Source: Bdellovibrionales bacterium
GTDB lineage: Bacteria > Bdellovibrionota > Bdellovibrionia > Bdellovibrionales > JAGQZY01
Assembly (NCBI GenBank): GCA_964230645.1
Contig: CAXRHT010000003.1
Coordinates: 608,001 to 672,000, forward strand
DNA: 64,000 nt
Direction of reading: 5' to 3'
Position numbers and translations under genes: made by a program
Part shown: positions 17,998 through 27,829 of the stretch, piece by piece
Numbering within the stretch: the stretch's first letter is position 1
How the letters are laid out: each line of letters starts with the position of its first letter
Notes under the pieces: model-generated
The model's database searches: none
Seen by the model: the letters and a program-made list of their open reading frames with translations, nothing else
What the model was told of the DNA's origin: nothing

Positions 17998-19110
17998 ATG
18001 CGTTTACTATTTGCCACACTTCTAGTGTTTACGTTTGCAAAATCTTCATGGGCTAACGAAGTACCTCAGTACGGGTTCACCAAGGCCGAAAATGAATTTA
18101 TGGCTGAGCAAAATGGGATGACTGCCCAGTTTGATTTTAGTCGATCACTGATCGCGGAAAGTGGGGATGGATCCCTCCTGACCCAAACGGATGCCAGACC
18201 TTTTGCGGAGTATGAAAAAGCGGGTTACTTAATTTTTAGCAGCGGAACGTCGTTTGCCTCAGGTCAGATAAAAAAAGGCTTGGCGGAAAATTTACCGGCC
18301 GGAGTGAAACTTGTGGTCTATACCCAAAATAATTCAGCCGACAATGTGCAAAGAATCCGTGATCGTTACCAAGGACTTATCGAACAAGACCGACTTGTGG
18401 TCGTCTACATGTCTTCTGGTGGCAATGGCTTTTGGGCGCGAGACGCTGTTCCTGTTCCTGTTTATAGAAGCGACAAAATGAAACAGGCACGTGATCCACG
18501 TTTTACAGTAGTCGATGCGGTTTACTATCATCACTTTGAGCCCGATGAAGAGTTTCAAAATCTCTTTCTTTCAGAACTGACATCTCATGAATACTACTAT
18601 GAAGGTGGAAACTTTATTGCTAACTCTAAAAATGAGTGTCTGATCGTGAACAAAACAGCCACAAGAAGAATTCCTGATTCTGTTTTTTTAGACCACTACG
18701 GTTGTAAAGTTCTTACTAGACTTCCCCATGTCAAAGGGATTGGTCACGCCGATGAAAGTGTGAAATTTGTGGACGATCAAACAGTTCTTACTGATGAACC
18801 AAGCTATATTCCGGCTCTTGAGGAGAAAGGTTACCGAGTCGTTCAGTTGCCCCGTCCTAACAACGAATATGAGACTTATGTTAATTCCCTCATAATTAAC
18901 GGTAAAGTCTTTGTTCCCATCTTTAAGCAAGATAAAGATGAAGAGGTTCTTCAGATCTATAGAGACCTTGGGTTTGAAGCTTACGGCTATGACAGTCGCA
19001 CCCTTTCCAATCGTGGTTTGGGGTCGATTCACTGTATCACTATGACTTATCCTGAGGATGTTCCTATGAACGACCTTGTTGAGTCTATGGGTGGTCAAGT
19101 ACTCCAATAA
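17998..19110 (+). CDS. Secreted agmatine deiminase / peptidylarginine deiminase family protein
   Basis: Signal peptide ending SWA; WARD, EGGN, GHAD, YVNS, GSIHC catalytic motifs. Confidence 0.9.
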   Translation: MRLLFATLLVFTFAKSSWANEVPQYGFTKAENEFMAEQNGMTAQFDFSRSLIAESGDGSLLTQTDARPFAEYEKAGYLIFSSGTSFASGQIKKGLAENLPAGVKLVVYTQNNSADNVQRIRDRYQGLIEQDRLVVVYMSSGGNGFWARDAVPVPVYRSDKMKQARDPRFTVVDAVYYHHFEPDEEFQNLFLSELTSHEYYYEGGNFIANSKNECLIVNKTATRRIPDSVFLDHYGCKVLTRLPHVKGIGHADESVKFVDDQTVLTDEPSYIPALEEKGYRVVQLPRPNNEYETYVNSLIINGKVFVPIFKQDKDEEVLQIYRDLGFEAYGYDSRTLSNRGLGSIHCITMTYPEDVPMNDLVESMGGQVLQ

Positions 19111-19132
19111 TCGTTTGAGCAAGACCAATATG

Positions 19133-19159
19133 AAAAAGGGGCTTGAGAGCCCCTTTTTT
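19133..19159 (+). terminator. Rho-independent terminator
   Basis: AAAAAGGGGCT-TGAG-AGCCCCTTTTTT. Confidence 0.88.
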
Positions 19160-19210
19160 ATTGTCGCTTTTTGCCTAGTGTTTATCGGATTTTCCCAGTA
19201 AGTTGGGGTT

Positions 19211-20296
19211 GTGAAACAAAAAAATGTAGTCATCGCGGGAGGCGGAACGGGTGGTCATATTTACCCCGGGATCGCCTTAGCCCAAGAGTTAAAGCGTCGA
19301 AATCCCGAATACCAGGTCCATTTTGTTGGGGCGACTGGAGGCCTGGAAGAAAAAATTGTTCCTAGCCACGGTTATCCTCTCCATTTACTTAATGTCGGAA
19401 GGCTCCACCATTCAGTGGGAGTTTTGCAAAGATTAAAAACCCTGATACTTTTGCCTATTTCTCTTTTTCACTCTCTGTTTCTATACTTTAAGCTTCGTCC
19501 GTATTGGGTGATCGGAATCGGTGGATTTGCCTCAGGACCTTTCGTACTGATGTCAGCTCTTATGGGTGGAAAGTCGGCTATTTTAGAGCCCAATGCTTTT
19601 CCCGGTCTTGCCAATCGTTGGCTGTCTAAATTTGTTAGCACATGTTTTGTTGTTTTTGAAAAGACCAAAGATTTCTTTCCAAAGAGCAAGGTGAAACAAG
19701 TGGGGCTTCCTGTGCGTCTAGCCAAAAAGAAGCCCTTGATGAACTACAAGACAGAAGAGCGGGCGTTTCGCATTTTGGTTTTTGGAGGAAGCCAAGGGGC
19801 AAGAGGGATCAATAACGTCTTTGGGGAGTGGGTGAAAAGTCTCGGTCCTCAGTCAAAAAATTTCGAGATCTATCACCAGACCGGTCACCGCGATTTTCAC
19901 CTTTGGGAAAAGGAGTATGGTCGCGAGTTTGATGGTTTTCTCCGTTACTCTCCCTATATCGATAATATGCCCGATCAACTCGACTGGGCTGACCTCATTA
20001 TTTGCCGCTCTGGCATCGGGTCTGTTGTCGAAGTGGCCATGGCAGGAAAGCCAGCCATTTTTGTTCCTTTACCCACGGCCGCTGACAATCATCAGGTGCA
20101 CAACGCCCAGGTATTATTGGAAGAGAAGGCCGCTCTAATGATTGAGCAAAAAGATTTAACGATTGAAAAATTAGATCAAGTCATTGAGAATCTTCGCCAA
20201 AATCCGGAGCAATTAAATCAGATGATGGAGAAGTTACAGGAGTTTGATTACTCAAGTGCACCTAGAGAAATATTAAACCAGCTTATGAAAGATTAA
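19211..20296 (+). CDS. murG: Lipid II GlcNAc transferase
   Basis: GGGTGGHIYP, EPNAFPGLANR, GGSQGA, CRSG, DNHQ. Confidence 0.97.
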   Translation: MKQKNVVIAGGGTGGHIYPGIALAQELKRRNPEYQVHFVGATGGLEEKIVPSHGYPLHLLNVGRLHHSVGVLQRLKTLILLPISLFHSLFLYFKLRPYWVIGIGGFASGPFVLMSALMGGKSAILEPNAFPGLANRWLSKFVSTCFVVFEKTKDFFPKSKVKQVGLPVRLAKKKPLMNYKTEERAFRILVFGGSQGARGINNVFGEWVKSLGPQSKNFEIYHQTGHRDFHLWEKEYGREFDGFLRYSPYIDNMPDQLDWADLIICRSGIGSVVEVAMAGKPAIFVPLPTAADNHQVHNAQVLLEEKAALMIEQKDLTIEKLDQVIENLRQNPEQLNQMMEKLQEFDYSSAPREILNQLMKD

Positions 20297-20298
20297 AT

Positions 20299-21648
20299 AT
20301 GAGTATTAAGAATACAAAAGCCCATTTTGTCGGAATCGGTGGCATTGGAATGTCAGCCTTAGCCGAACTTTTTGATCGTTTGGGGGCCCAGGTGACGGGA
20401 ACGGACCTCAGAGAGGGCAAGCAAACCGATCATCTCAAGGAAAAAGGCATCGCTGTAAAAATTGGCCACGATGAAAACAATCTCGCTGAGGACTGCGATG
20501 TGGTTGTGTACTCCAGTGCGATCAACTGGGAAAACCCCGAAATGAAAAAAGCCAGTCGGTTGTCAATTCCGATCATTCCTCGTGCTGAAGCTTTGGCTGA
20601 AATCATGCGCATCAAAAGAGGAATTGCCGTTGGTGGCACTCATGGAAAAACCACCACCACCTCGATCATCAGTTCTATCTTTCTTCACGCTGATTTTGAT
20701 CCCACCATTGCTGTTGGCGGTCGATTGAAACTGATTGAATCCACTAACCGTTTAGGAGCTGGCCCCTGGATGGTGGCTGAGGCCGACGAGAGTGATGGGA
20801 GTTTTGCAAGACTCTCTCCTGAAATCAGTATTATCACAAATATCGATAGTGATCACTTGGATCACTTCGGAAGCTTTGAGAATCTCCAAGCCGCCTTTAA
20901 GAATTTTGCCCTCAGTATTCCCTATTATGGCTCTGCGATCGTGATGGGCGATGATCCGAAGACAAGAGAGATTTTCAAAAATTTCACTAAAAAAATTATT
21001 TTTTATGGAGAAAACGACAACAACGACTTTATCCTGAAAAAAGAGGGCCTGGCCTATTCTGTCTTCACAGAAGGGGAGAAAATTGGTGAGTTACAGCTCG
21101 CCGTTCCTGGTGTTCACAATGCGCTTAATGCCCTTGCAGCTTGTATTGCCACCCACGAGGCGGGAGTCCCTTGGGATAAGTGTTTCCAAGGCGCCAATCA
21201 ATACGATGGTGTTGATCGTCGTTTTCAAAAAATCGCAGAAAAAAACGACATTCAAATTTTTGATGATTACGCTCACCATCCAACAGAGATCAAGGCCACA
21301 GTCAGTGCGGTCAGTGACTTAAAAGCCAAGGGTGATTTTCATTTGATTTATGAGCCTCACCGTTTCACTAGAACAAGAGATTGTTGGGAAGAGTATAAGT
21401 CTTGCTTCAATGGGGTGGATAAACTTTATCTAGCCCCCATTTACACCGCTGGAGAGACTCCCATTGAAGGAGTTTCGAGCCAGAATCTTGCTAAAAAAAT
21501 CAATGTACCTACCGAGTGTTTTGAAGATGAAGAGCAATTTTTAAAAGATCTCACCGGGCGATTAAAACCAGGGGATGTGGTTATGACCATGGGAGCTGGG
21601 CAAGTGTGGAAGCTTGGATTAAAACTGCAATCTCTTTTGGAGGCCTAA
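20299..21648 (+). CDS. murC: UDP-N-acetylmuramate--L-alanine ligase
   Basis: GIGGIGMS, GTHGKTTT, EADESD, DHLD, DDYAHHPTE. Confidence 0.97.
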   Translation: MSIKNTKAHFVGIGGIGMSALAELFDRLGAQVTGTDLREGKQTDHLKEKGIAVKIGHDENNLAEDCDVVVYSSAINWENPEMKKASRLSIPIIPRAEALAEIMRIKRGIAVGGTHGKTTTTSIISSIFLHADFDPTIAVGGRLKLIESTNRLGAGPWMVAEADESDGSFARLSPEISIITNIDSDHLDHFGSFENLQAAFKNFALSIPYYGSAIVMGDDPKTREIFKNFTKKIIFYGENDNNDFILKKEGLAYSVFTEGEKIGELQLAVPGVHNALNALAACIATHEAGVPWDKCFQGANQYDGVDRRFQKIAEKNDIQIFDDYAHHPTEIKATVSAVSDLKAKGDFHLIYEPHRFTRTRDCWEEYKSCFNGVDKLYLAPIYTAGETPIEGVSSQNLAKKINVPTECFEDEEQFLKDLTGRLKPGDVVMTMGAGQVWKLGLKLQSLLEA

Positions 21649-21652
21649 GGTT

Positions 21653-22567
21653 TTGTCTGAGTCCTTGAATGTGGAGAAGAATAAAAGTTTGGCAGAGTTT
21701 ACCTCATGGAAGGTAGGTGGAGCCGCTCAGTATTATGTGGCACCCTCAACGATTGATGAGCTTAAAGAAGCACTCATTTATTCCAGTAAAGAAAATCTGC
21801 CCTATACTATTCTTGGAGGTGGGTCGAACTCTCTTGTGAGCGATAAGGGAGTTAAGGGTCTTCTTATTCACACCCATTTATTGAGTTCGGTGGAAGTGAT
21901 TGAAGACAAAGAAAAGCTTGTACTTGAGGCCCTTGCAGGAACACAGAAATCTGAAGTTCTAAAGCACTTTATGAAAAGTCGTTTAGCGCCGGCTATTTTT
22001 CTGGCGGGACTCCCCGGGGATATGGCCGGTGGTGTGGTTATGAATGCAGGGATCGGTCAGAAACAAAAGCCTCGAGAATTCGTTGAGATTGTGGACTCTT
22101 TTGAGGTTTTAAGAGTTGATGAAGCTGGCAGGCTTCAAACTCAGATTTATGAAAGCACCGAAGTCGATTGGTCCTACCGTAAAACTCAAGGTTGGCAACC
22201 TGGTGTGATCTCTAAAGTCAGAGTCAGTTGGCCCAATGAACCCGATCCTGAGGTTTTAAAACTTGTTCGTGATGGCAACAAGAGGCGAAAAAGCACTCAG
22301 CCCTTGCACCAACCCAGTTGTGGTTCCGTTTTCAAAAACCCAGAAGGCGATCATTCCGGTCGTCTTATTGAGAGCCTTGGGCTTAAGGGCTTTTCCATAG
22401 GAGGGGCTCAAGTTTCAGAAAAGCATGCCAACTTTATTGTCAATTTAGGCTCAGCCACGGCTCAAGATATCCATGATGTGATTTCCCATGTTCAAACAGA
22501 GGTTCGAAAAAAAACCGGAGTTCATCTTCATAACGAAGTCGTTTATCTAGGAGACTGGGATAAGTAG
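21653..22567 (+). CDS. murB: UDP-N-acetylenolpyruvoylglucosamine reductase
   Basis: GGGSN, MNAG, PSCGSVFKNP, SEKHANF. Confidence 0.96.
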   Translation: MSESLNVEKNKSLAEFTSWKVGGAAQYYVAPSTIDELKEALIYSSKENLPYTILGGGSNSLVSDKGVKGLLIHTHLLSSVEVIEDKEKLVLEALAGTQKSEVLKHFMKSRLAPAIFLAGLPGDMAGGVVMNAGIGQKQKPREFVEIVDSFEVLRVDEAGRLQTQIYESTEVDWSYRKTQGWQPGVISKVRVSWPNEPDPEVLKLVRDGNKRRKSTQPLHQPSCGSVFKNPEGDHSGRLIESLGLKGFSIGGAQVSEKHANFIVNLGSATAQDIHDVISHVQTEVRKKTGVHLHNEVVYLGDWDK

Positions 22568-22568
22568 A

Positions 22569-23723
22569 CTAAAGGTTTTTAAATCGATCGATAATTATCG
22601 AAAGTGACTCTTTAGCTTGCCGAAAAACTTTTTTTCTCCACTCAGGGTCTGAAGGATTGAACATCTCTTTGAAAAGTTCCTTCACTCTTTTTTCTGAGGC
22701 TTCATCAGCATAACCATAACGAAAGCCTTGATTTTCGTAAATCATATTTCGAAGAGACCGAAATCCACCCAAGGTGGTTTGCGAGTTAAGGGTGCCGAAC
22801 TCAAAAGTCATGGGGATAATAATTTCTTTTTCTTTAAAGAGACGAAAACTAAAGGTGCCAAAGTCTCCAGATGTTCTATAAAAATCTTTGTCGGCGCCAA
22901 AATCCAAATCGAAACCTTTAAAGAGTGTCTTGAAGCCGGACGCTTCGGCTAAACGGCGGTCAGAAAAAAAATGCAGCTGCCCACGTCTGCCGTAACCCGT
23001 GTGTAAATCAATATGGACGATTTTATTGTAGGGATTTCCAAAGTGCTTAAAGACTTTTTCAATCACTTTTACATTCTCTTGTATTTTCTGTCCGCCATAA
23101 TAAATTCCCTTGGGATTTTGGTACTGGCCACCCACGGCAATTTGAGCGATTTGTTTGCGTCCATAAAAGAATAATTTTTTAAGAGACTGTAAAAATAGCA
23201 CGGCATCGTTGATATAACTGGCATTGAGTTCTTCTTCTGGATTTAAGTATTCATCAAAAACCTTGTAGGCCGTTATCCTAGAATCAAAATGCTCCTGTGT
23301 CGCCGAATAATTGCGATTAAGATCCACATTGTTTTCATTTACTCGCCTCTTGAATTGATAACCATAGGGATTCACAGCGTGAACTATAAGTATCCCCATA
23401 TGATCAAGCCAAGAAGGCTCAAAGTAATTGCTCAAGAAATCAAACTGCAAGGCACTTCCCACAAAAGCTTCAATCCCATGGGTACCGGAAGTGATAATTA
23501 AAAGTCTTTCTGTTTCGCCCCCGTTTTGAGGCAGATAAAGCACGTCAGTGGTCAGTAGCATTTTCGTTTGAGTCGGAATGCTAAAATTTTGGATCTGCGC
23601 ACTAGGTATCTTTTCTTGCAGGCTTTCGCCCAGCTCTAAAAAGTGATCTCGACTTTCTATATAGGACTCTGGAACAAATTGGGCATAGAGGGGTAAAAAT
23701 AAGCAAAAAATAAAATGGATCAT
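22569..23723 (-). CDS. M14-like zinc carboxypeptidase (DUF2817-type), exported
   Basis: SGTHGIE (HxxE), NENNVDLNRN, DLHTG, EFGT; start moved to ATG 23723 after GGAG. Confidence 0.85.
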   Translation of the reverse strand: MIHFIFCLFLPLYAQFVPESYIESRDHFLELGESLQEKIPSAQIQNFSIPTQTKMLLTTDVLYLPQNGGETERLLIITSGTHGIEAFVGSALQFDFLSNYFEPSWLDHMGILIVHAVNPYGYQFKRRVNENNVDLNRNYSATQEHFDSRITAYKVFDEYLNPEEELNASYINDAVLFLQSLKKLFFYGRKQIAQIAVGGQYQNPKGIYYGGQKIQENVKVIEKVFKHFGNPYNKIVHIDLHTGYGRRGQLHFFSDRRLAEASGFKTLFKGFDLDFGADKDFYRTSGDFGTFSFRLFKEKEIIIPMTFEFGTLNSQTTLGGFRSLRNMIYENQGFRYGYADEASEKRVKELFKEMFNPSDPEWRKKVFRQAKESLSIIIDRFKNL

Positions 23724-23991
23724 TTCTCCATGAAATCTTTCAAGCTTACTAGGGTCAAGCTCCGAGCCGAAAAGCAAAAGTCTGCAAATACGACCTCAAT
23801 AGACGTGATTTGAGCCCCCAAAATGAGTATTTTTTAACAAATATTGCGAAGGGATAAGCGCTAAGCCATTAATAATAAAGAAAAAAGCCGGCTGACGAAG
23901 TCTTTGGTCGGAAGTTTAGAATAAGGTTGAAACTTACATATGTTCTTTTTAGAGTAAAATTTAAGGTTCTTAAACTGAGCCGGGGGTAATT

Positions 23992-24519
23992 ATGTTTAAG
24001 TCAATCGTCGTCGTTTTTTTGTTACTAGCTATAGGGGCCTGCTCTTCTCCTAAGAAAGGGCTTTCAAAAACAAAACGCCAGGTGGCCCAAAGCCGTGCTG
24101 AGAGTTCGCCTTCTAGTTTGAAGCAAAGATTTCTCGAACAAACGAGATTAAAAGAAAATCGTGATTATTTTCCAACAAACCAAAATGAAGCCGCTCCCTG
24201 CTTAGAGGGTACTCTTGAGGTTTTAGAAATCGATGGAGAATCTTTATCAATTCGAATTGGTGGACGTTTGCTCGTTAGCCAAATCCAAGCCGGCGAAAGT
24301 CGTGAGCAGTATCAGGAAAGAGAGTGCCGCTATCGTCAGACCACCCGGTGGGACAATAAAACCATTACCATGGATAAGCGTCGCATTTGTGGAGAGACAA
24401 AGTATTTAACAAAACTGGAAGTTCAAATCGACTCGCCGACAAGTCTTCAATACAAACTTGAGACCTTCGAGAACAAAAACTTGGAATTAAAGACGACTTG
24501 TCAACTGGAGGCTGAATAA
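23992..24519 (+). CDS. Hypothetical lipoprotein
   Basis: Lipobox LAIGAC; four further Cys; 2 bp from the next gene. Confidence 0.75.
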   Translation: MFKSIVVVFLLLAIGACSSPKKGLSKTKRQVAQSRAESSPSSLKQRFLEQTRLKENRDYFPTNQNEAAPCLEGTLEVLEIDGESLSIRIGGRLLVSQIQAGESREQYQERECRYRQTTRWDNKTITMDKRRICGETKYLTKLEVQIDSPTSLQYKLETFENKNLELKTTCQLEAE

Positions 24520-24521
24520 TC

Positions 24522-25160
24522 ATGAAATTTGCCTCCATCGTATTTTTAATTTTTCTAGTGTCTCAATCTGCATTTGGGGAAACCACAACCTCTGGAGCAG
24601 GGCAGGCGCCTGTTCCTGCGGGAGTTAGTATCAACCCGTCAAGTTATGGAATGGCCAGGGCTTGTAATAATTTTGTTAACAACAACGGCTTGGGTACCTA
24701 TGGTCGACAATTACAATCGGCACTGGGACGAGTGGGAACGAGTTGCTTTTTTAGCGGTGGAATTAATTTTACCAATCTTTGCCCCAACTACAATTCGTTT
24801 AATAACGGTAGAAAGATGCAGTTTATTGCCTTTCTTTTTGCCTCAATGGCTTTTTACGAATCTAGCTGTAATCCACGGGCTCAGGCGCAAGGGACCAACG
24901 ATATCGCTGATGGACTGTTACAACTCGAATACTCGCAAAGTCAAAGAAGAGATGCGGGCAGAAATGCTGTTCACTGTGCGACCAACCGTGGAGTCAACAC
25001 TCAAGACATTGGCTTTCAAATGGAGTGTGGTGCTTCAATTTTCAAAGACGGCTATTGTGGTACCGGCCGAATTCCCGGGAGCCACTCGTGGTACTGGCAA
25101 AAGCTCAACGGGAATCGCAGTATCACACGTATGGCCCGACGCTTTCCTTTTTGCAGTTAA
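24522..25160 (+). CDS. Secreted lysozyme / lytic transglycosylase-like protein
   Basis: Signal peptide; AFYESSCNP (catalytic Glu-Ser), GLLQL, C-terminal YW; Cys-rich. Confidence 0.72.
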   Translation: MKFASIVFLIFLVSQSAFGETTTSGAGQAPVPAGVSINPSSYGMARACNNFVNNNGLGTYGRQLQSALGRVGTSCFFSGGINFTNLCPNYNSFNNGRKMQFIAFLFASMAFYESSCNPRAQAQGTNDIADGLLQLEYSQSQRRDAGRNAVHCATNRGVNTQDIGFQMECGASIFKDGYCGTGRIPGSHSWYWQKLNGNRSITRMARRFPFCS

Positions 25161-25175
25161 TTTACCTAACTTCCA

Positions 25176-26174
25176 CTAGTTATTGCCAAAGACAACGGGC
25201 TCATTGGAGCTCGATGTGGTGGGGCTAGCAGGCTGGCTAGGTGTAGAGCTTTGGTTGTGTTGATCAACCTGATAAGCTGTAAGACCAACGGCCACGACTG
25301 AGAGGCCGATCCAAAACCATTTGTTTTCATAAAATTTGGGTCCTTTTTTCCTCTTTTCTTTGGGAAAAGATAAAGCCGAATCACTTGTGGGTAAGCCAGC
25401 CAATTGTGTTTGAGCGCTGCCAGTACAGCCTTGATCAAATAGAGTAAGCTTAGTCTGAGTTAGAGAATCTGTGTTAAAAATAGGATTGTGGCAGCCTCCC
25501 GTTACTAATGGAATCATTGGTAGTCTCACCTCACCCAACTCGCTGGCTTTTAGTTGAAAACTTTGAGGCCGCCACTTGTTGGAATAAAAACTAATTCTAA
25601 GAGGTCCGAGTTCTTTTTTTAAAAAGCCAGAAGAAAAGTCTACTTTTTGTCCATTCACAAAAACTTGATCAAACTTTTCGGTGTTCTTAGGAAGAGCCCA
25701 AACTTGGGTTTTTAGCTTTTCTTTGAGTCGCTTTCTTTTCGCAATAAGAGGTGGAGGGAAAAGCTCTTGATTGGCACTGGATTTGGAATCAAAAGCTAGG
25801 GAAAGGCGGAGAGTCTCAGTCTGTTTTTGTTTATTCTTTTGAAGTTGAGCCAGGCGTAAAAAGGAGTAGTTAATAATATCCCTTTGTTCTGTGTTCCAGT
25901 CCTCCTTAAAACTAAGATCCACAATTTTTTGAAATTGACCGCGAGCCTTATCTAGAGAGCCTTTTAAAAATTCAAATTGCGCTTGTTTTAGCAGTTCACC
26001 AAGTCTGGCGTCCTTCGATTTTTTTTGAAACAAATGATCAACAAAACTTATTTTATCGGTGTTTTCGTTAATATACTTTTGGTACTCAAGATCATGGCTC
26101 TGCTCGGATTGAACCATTACATCTGCAGCAAATAGATTAAAGATAAATAAGCAAACAATCATAAACTCTCCCAT
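25176..26174 (-). CDS. Hypothetical exported protein with TPR-like helices and C-terminal TM anchor
   Basis: N-terminal hydrophobic stretch; FYENKWFWIGLSVVAVGLTAY anchor; last gene of the Tad-like operon. Confidence 0.7.
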   Translation of the reverse strand: MGEFMIVCLFIFNLFAADVMVQSEQSHDLEYQKYINENTDKISFVDHLFQKKSKDARLGELLKQAQFEFLKGSLDKARGQFQKIVDLSFKEDWNTEQRDIINYSFLRLAQLQKNKQKQTETLRLSLAFDSKSSANQELFPPPLIAKRKRLKEKLKTQVWALPKNTEKFDQVFVNGQKVDFSSGFLKKELGPLRISFYSNKWRPQSFQLKASELGEVRLPMIPLVTGGCHNPIFNTDSLTQTKLTLFDQGCTGSAQTQLAGLPTSDSALSFPKEKRKKGPKFYENKWFWIGLSVVAVGLTAYQVDQHNQSSTPSQPASPTTSSSNEPVVFGNN

Positions 26175-26698
26175 TCATAGACAATCTGTCTTTTTGGTTT
26201 TGCCTTTTTAGGAGTAACAACTTTCGTGCCAAGCACCTTCGGATTGCGAATGGCGACTGTAAATTCTCCACGGTAGCTTGTAATGGGTGCAGCTTCTTGG
26301 TCGCTTAATAAAACGTAGAAAAATCGGGGGTTTCCGGGGGCTTTCGCAATTTTTACGGCGTAGGCCAGTTTTTTTGATTTTTCTGTGGGGTTTAATGGGG
26401 TGGTGTAGAGGTCCACAACTCCAAAATGTCCGATAGTTCGGTCCAAAGATTCGTAATTTGCAACAGTAATCTGGAGCAAAATCTTCCCATCCGGAACAAA
26501 TGTGTCCATAGCGATGGGCTTTCCGGATTTTTGTTTTAAAGGCTCCGGTGCTTCTTCATATTGCAACCCGTAAGAAAGTCCCCCTAAAACGAGAGCCACA
26601 CCTAAAAATACGGCTAAAACTTCTTTGGGGTGAGATTCCGGCTCAGTGAGCCACTCTTTTAACTTTATAGTGATTGTATTGGTGTTTAATTTTGCCAT
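26159..26698 (-). CDS. CpaB/RcpC-like Flp pilus assembly protein (divergent)
   Basis: Single TM helix; VPDG...VVDLY pattern; GGAGG RBS; pilin context. Confidence 0.55.
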   Translation of the reverse strand: MAKLNTNTITIKLKEWLTEPESHPKEVLAVFLGVALVLGGLSYGLQYEEAPEPLKQKSGKPIAMDTFVPDGKILLQITVANYESLDRTIGHFGVVDLYTTPLNPTEKSKKLAYAVKIAKAPGNPRFFYVLLSDQEAAPITSYRGEFTVAIRNPKVLGTKVVTPKKAKPKRQIVYEWESL

Positions 26699-26792
26699 GA
26701 CATTCCTCCAAAGTGATAAGAAATAAACTTATAAAAAAAGCGATGATAACGGTTTCTACCAGAGACTGGCCTCTCCGATGACGGGGTACCAT
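26643..26792 (-). CDS. Small TadE/Flp-like pseudopilin, 49 aa
   Basis: GGAGG-N6-ATG; RRG|QSLVE prepilin motif followed by a hydrophobic helix. Confidence 0.7.
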   Translation of the reverse strand: MVPRHRRGQSLVETVIIAFFISLFLITLEECHGKIKHQYNHYKVKRVAH

Positions 26793-27469
26793 GTAAGACC
26801 TCCTTTGTTTGTGGGGTGAGAGGCACACTCTCCGACCCATTGATTTTGACCTGTGAAATAAGATTGAAGCCAACGAGGGAAAAAGTTACTCAAAGGAATT
26901 CTCCACTCAGCTTTCATGGTTTGTGCTGCTTTATGATGGACAGGACGTTTGTAGACGGAGGCAATGTCCTTTATTCGAATCTTCACCTGAGATTGTTTGG
27001 GGTATATATGAAGTTCAGGAGCTCGATACTCCGTAGTCTTCCATAGAGACGCCATATCTTGAATTTTATGATAAAAGTTTCGGCGAAAATCGTACACAGA
27101 GGTCTGCGACCTTGAATTCATTTGAGTGATAATACTTTGTTGAATTCCGGCCACTCTCTTTTGCTCCGCTTTAACGGTGACGTAACCAGCTGAGGCCGCA
27201 AGGACCACCCAAGGGTTGGGAGACTTCATAAGCTTTTTTAAAATCCTCTTGGCTATTATAAGGCTGTAAGCTTCCATATTGTAGGAAAGTAGATTCGTAT
27301 TTCCCTCCACTAAAATTTCCTGACTTCTTAAAAGACTTTCGTGGCAGAGATTTTCAATACGGTTGCGCTGATTCATAAACCACACCATCCACATACCAGA
27401 AAAAAGCAAGGTAAAGACAATCGGTAATATAAGAATAAGATAAACTTGAGCCATTCCTTTGTTATTCAT
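26756..27469 (-). CDS. TadG-like pseudopilin
   Basis: MNNKG|MAQV then hydrophobic helix lacking Glu+5; TAATG coupling to the upstream gene. Confidence 0.65.
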   Translation of the reverse strand: MNNKGMAQVYLILILPIVFTLLFSGMWMVWFMNQRNRIENLCHESLLRSQEILVEGNTNLLSYNMEAYSLIIAKRILKKLMKSPNPWVVLAASAGYVTVKAEQKRVAGIQQSIITQMNSRSQTSVYDFRRNFYHKIQDMASLWKTTEYRAPELHIYPKQSQVKIRIKDIASVYKRPVHHKAAQTMKAEWRIPLSNFFPRWLQSYFTGQNQWVGECASHPTNKGGLTWYPVIGEASLW

Positions 27470-27828
27470 TAGTGTTCCCCGAAGTCTTCTGCTTTTAAGG
27501 GGCGAGACCACTCGTAGCTAAAAAGTTTGTGGTCAAGAAAAGGAGTGGAGAGTTCACTTTCAAAACGAAGTTGAAAAGCATTGTAAAAAATATGAATGGA
27601 ATGGACCTCAAGAAAGGGAACTTGATTAACGTGATCACGAAACTGAGACTCACAAAAATGGCGACCCTTGCCTTTTTCCAGACAGAGGGCGGTCTGGTAA
27701 GACTGGAAATCAATATAGTAAAAGCTAATAAAGGCATAGCCTAAGCCCACCAGTCCCACCAAAAGAAGCTTGAAAAAAGGAGCCAATACGATCGCCTCAA
27801 CGAGCGCTTGGCCTTTTTCATTTCCCAT
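27469..27828 (-). CDS. TadE-like pseudopilin
   Basis: NEKG|QALVE prepilin motif, hydrophobic helix, Cys pair. Confidence 0.75.
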   Translation of the reverse strand: MGNEKGQALVEAIVLAPFFKLLLVGLVGLGYAFISFYYIDFQSYQTALCLEKGKGRHFCESQFRDHVNQVPFLEVHSIHIFYNAFQLRFESELSTPFLDHKLFSYEWSRPLKAEDFGEH

Positions 27829-27829
27829 T

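Noticed and set aside
17940..23899. Single TGACGAA half-sites at 17940 and 23893 as extra regulon members
   Set aside because: No partner half-site at 22-24 or 34 bp; a lone hexamer is expected by chance
24574..25179. 201-aa alternate-frame ORF over the lysozyme-like gene
   Set aside because: No motifs or signal; shadow ORF, like the many antisense ORFs over real genes
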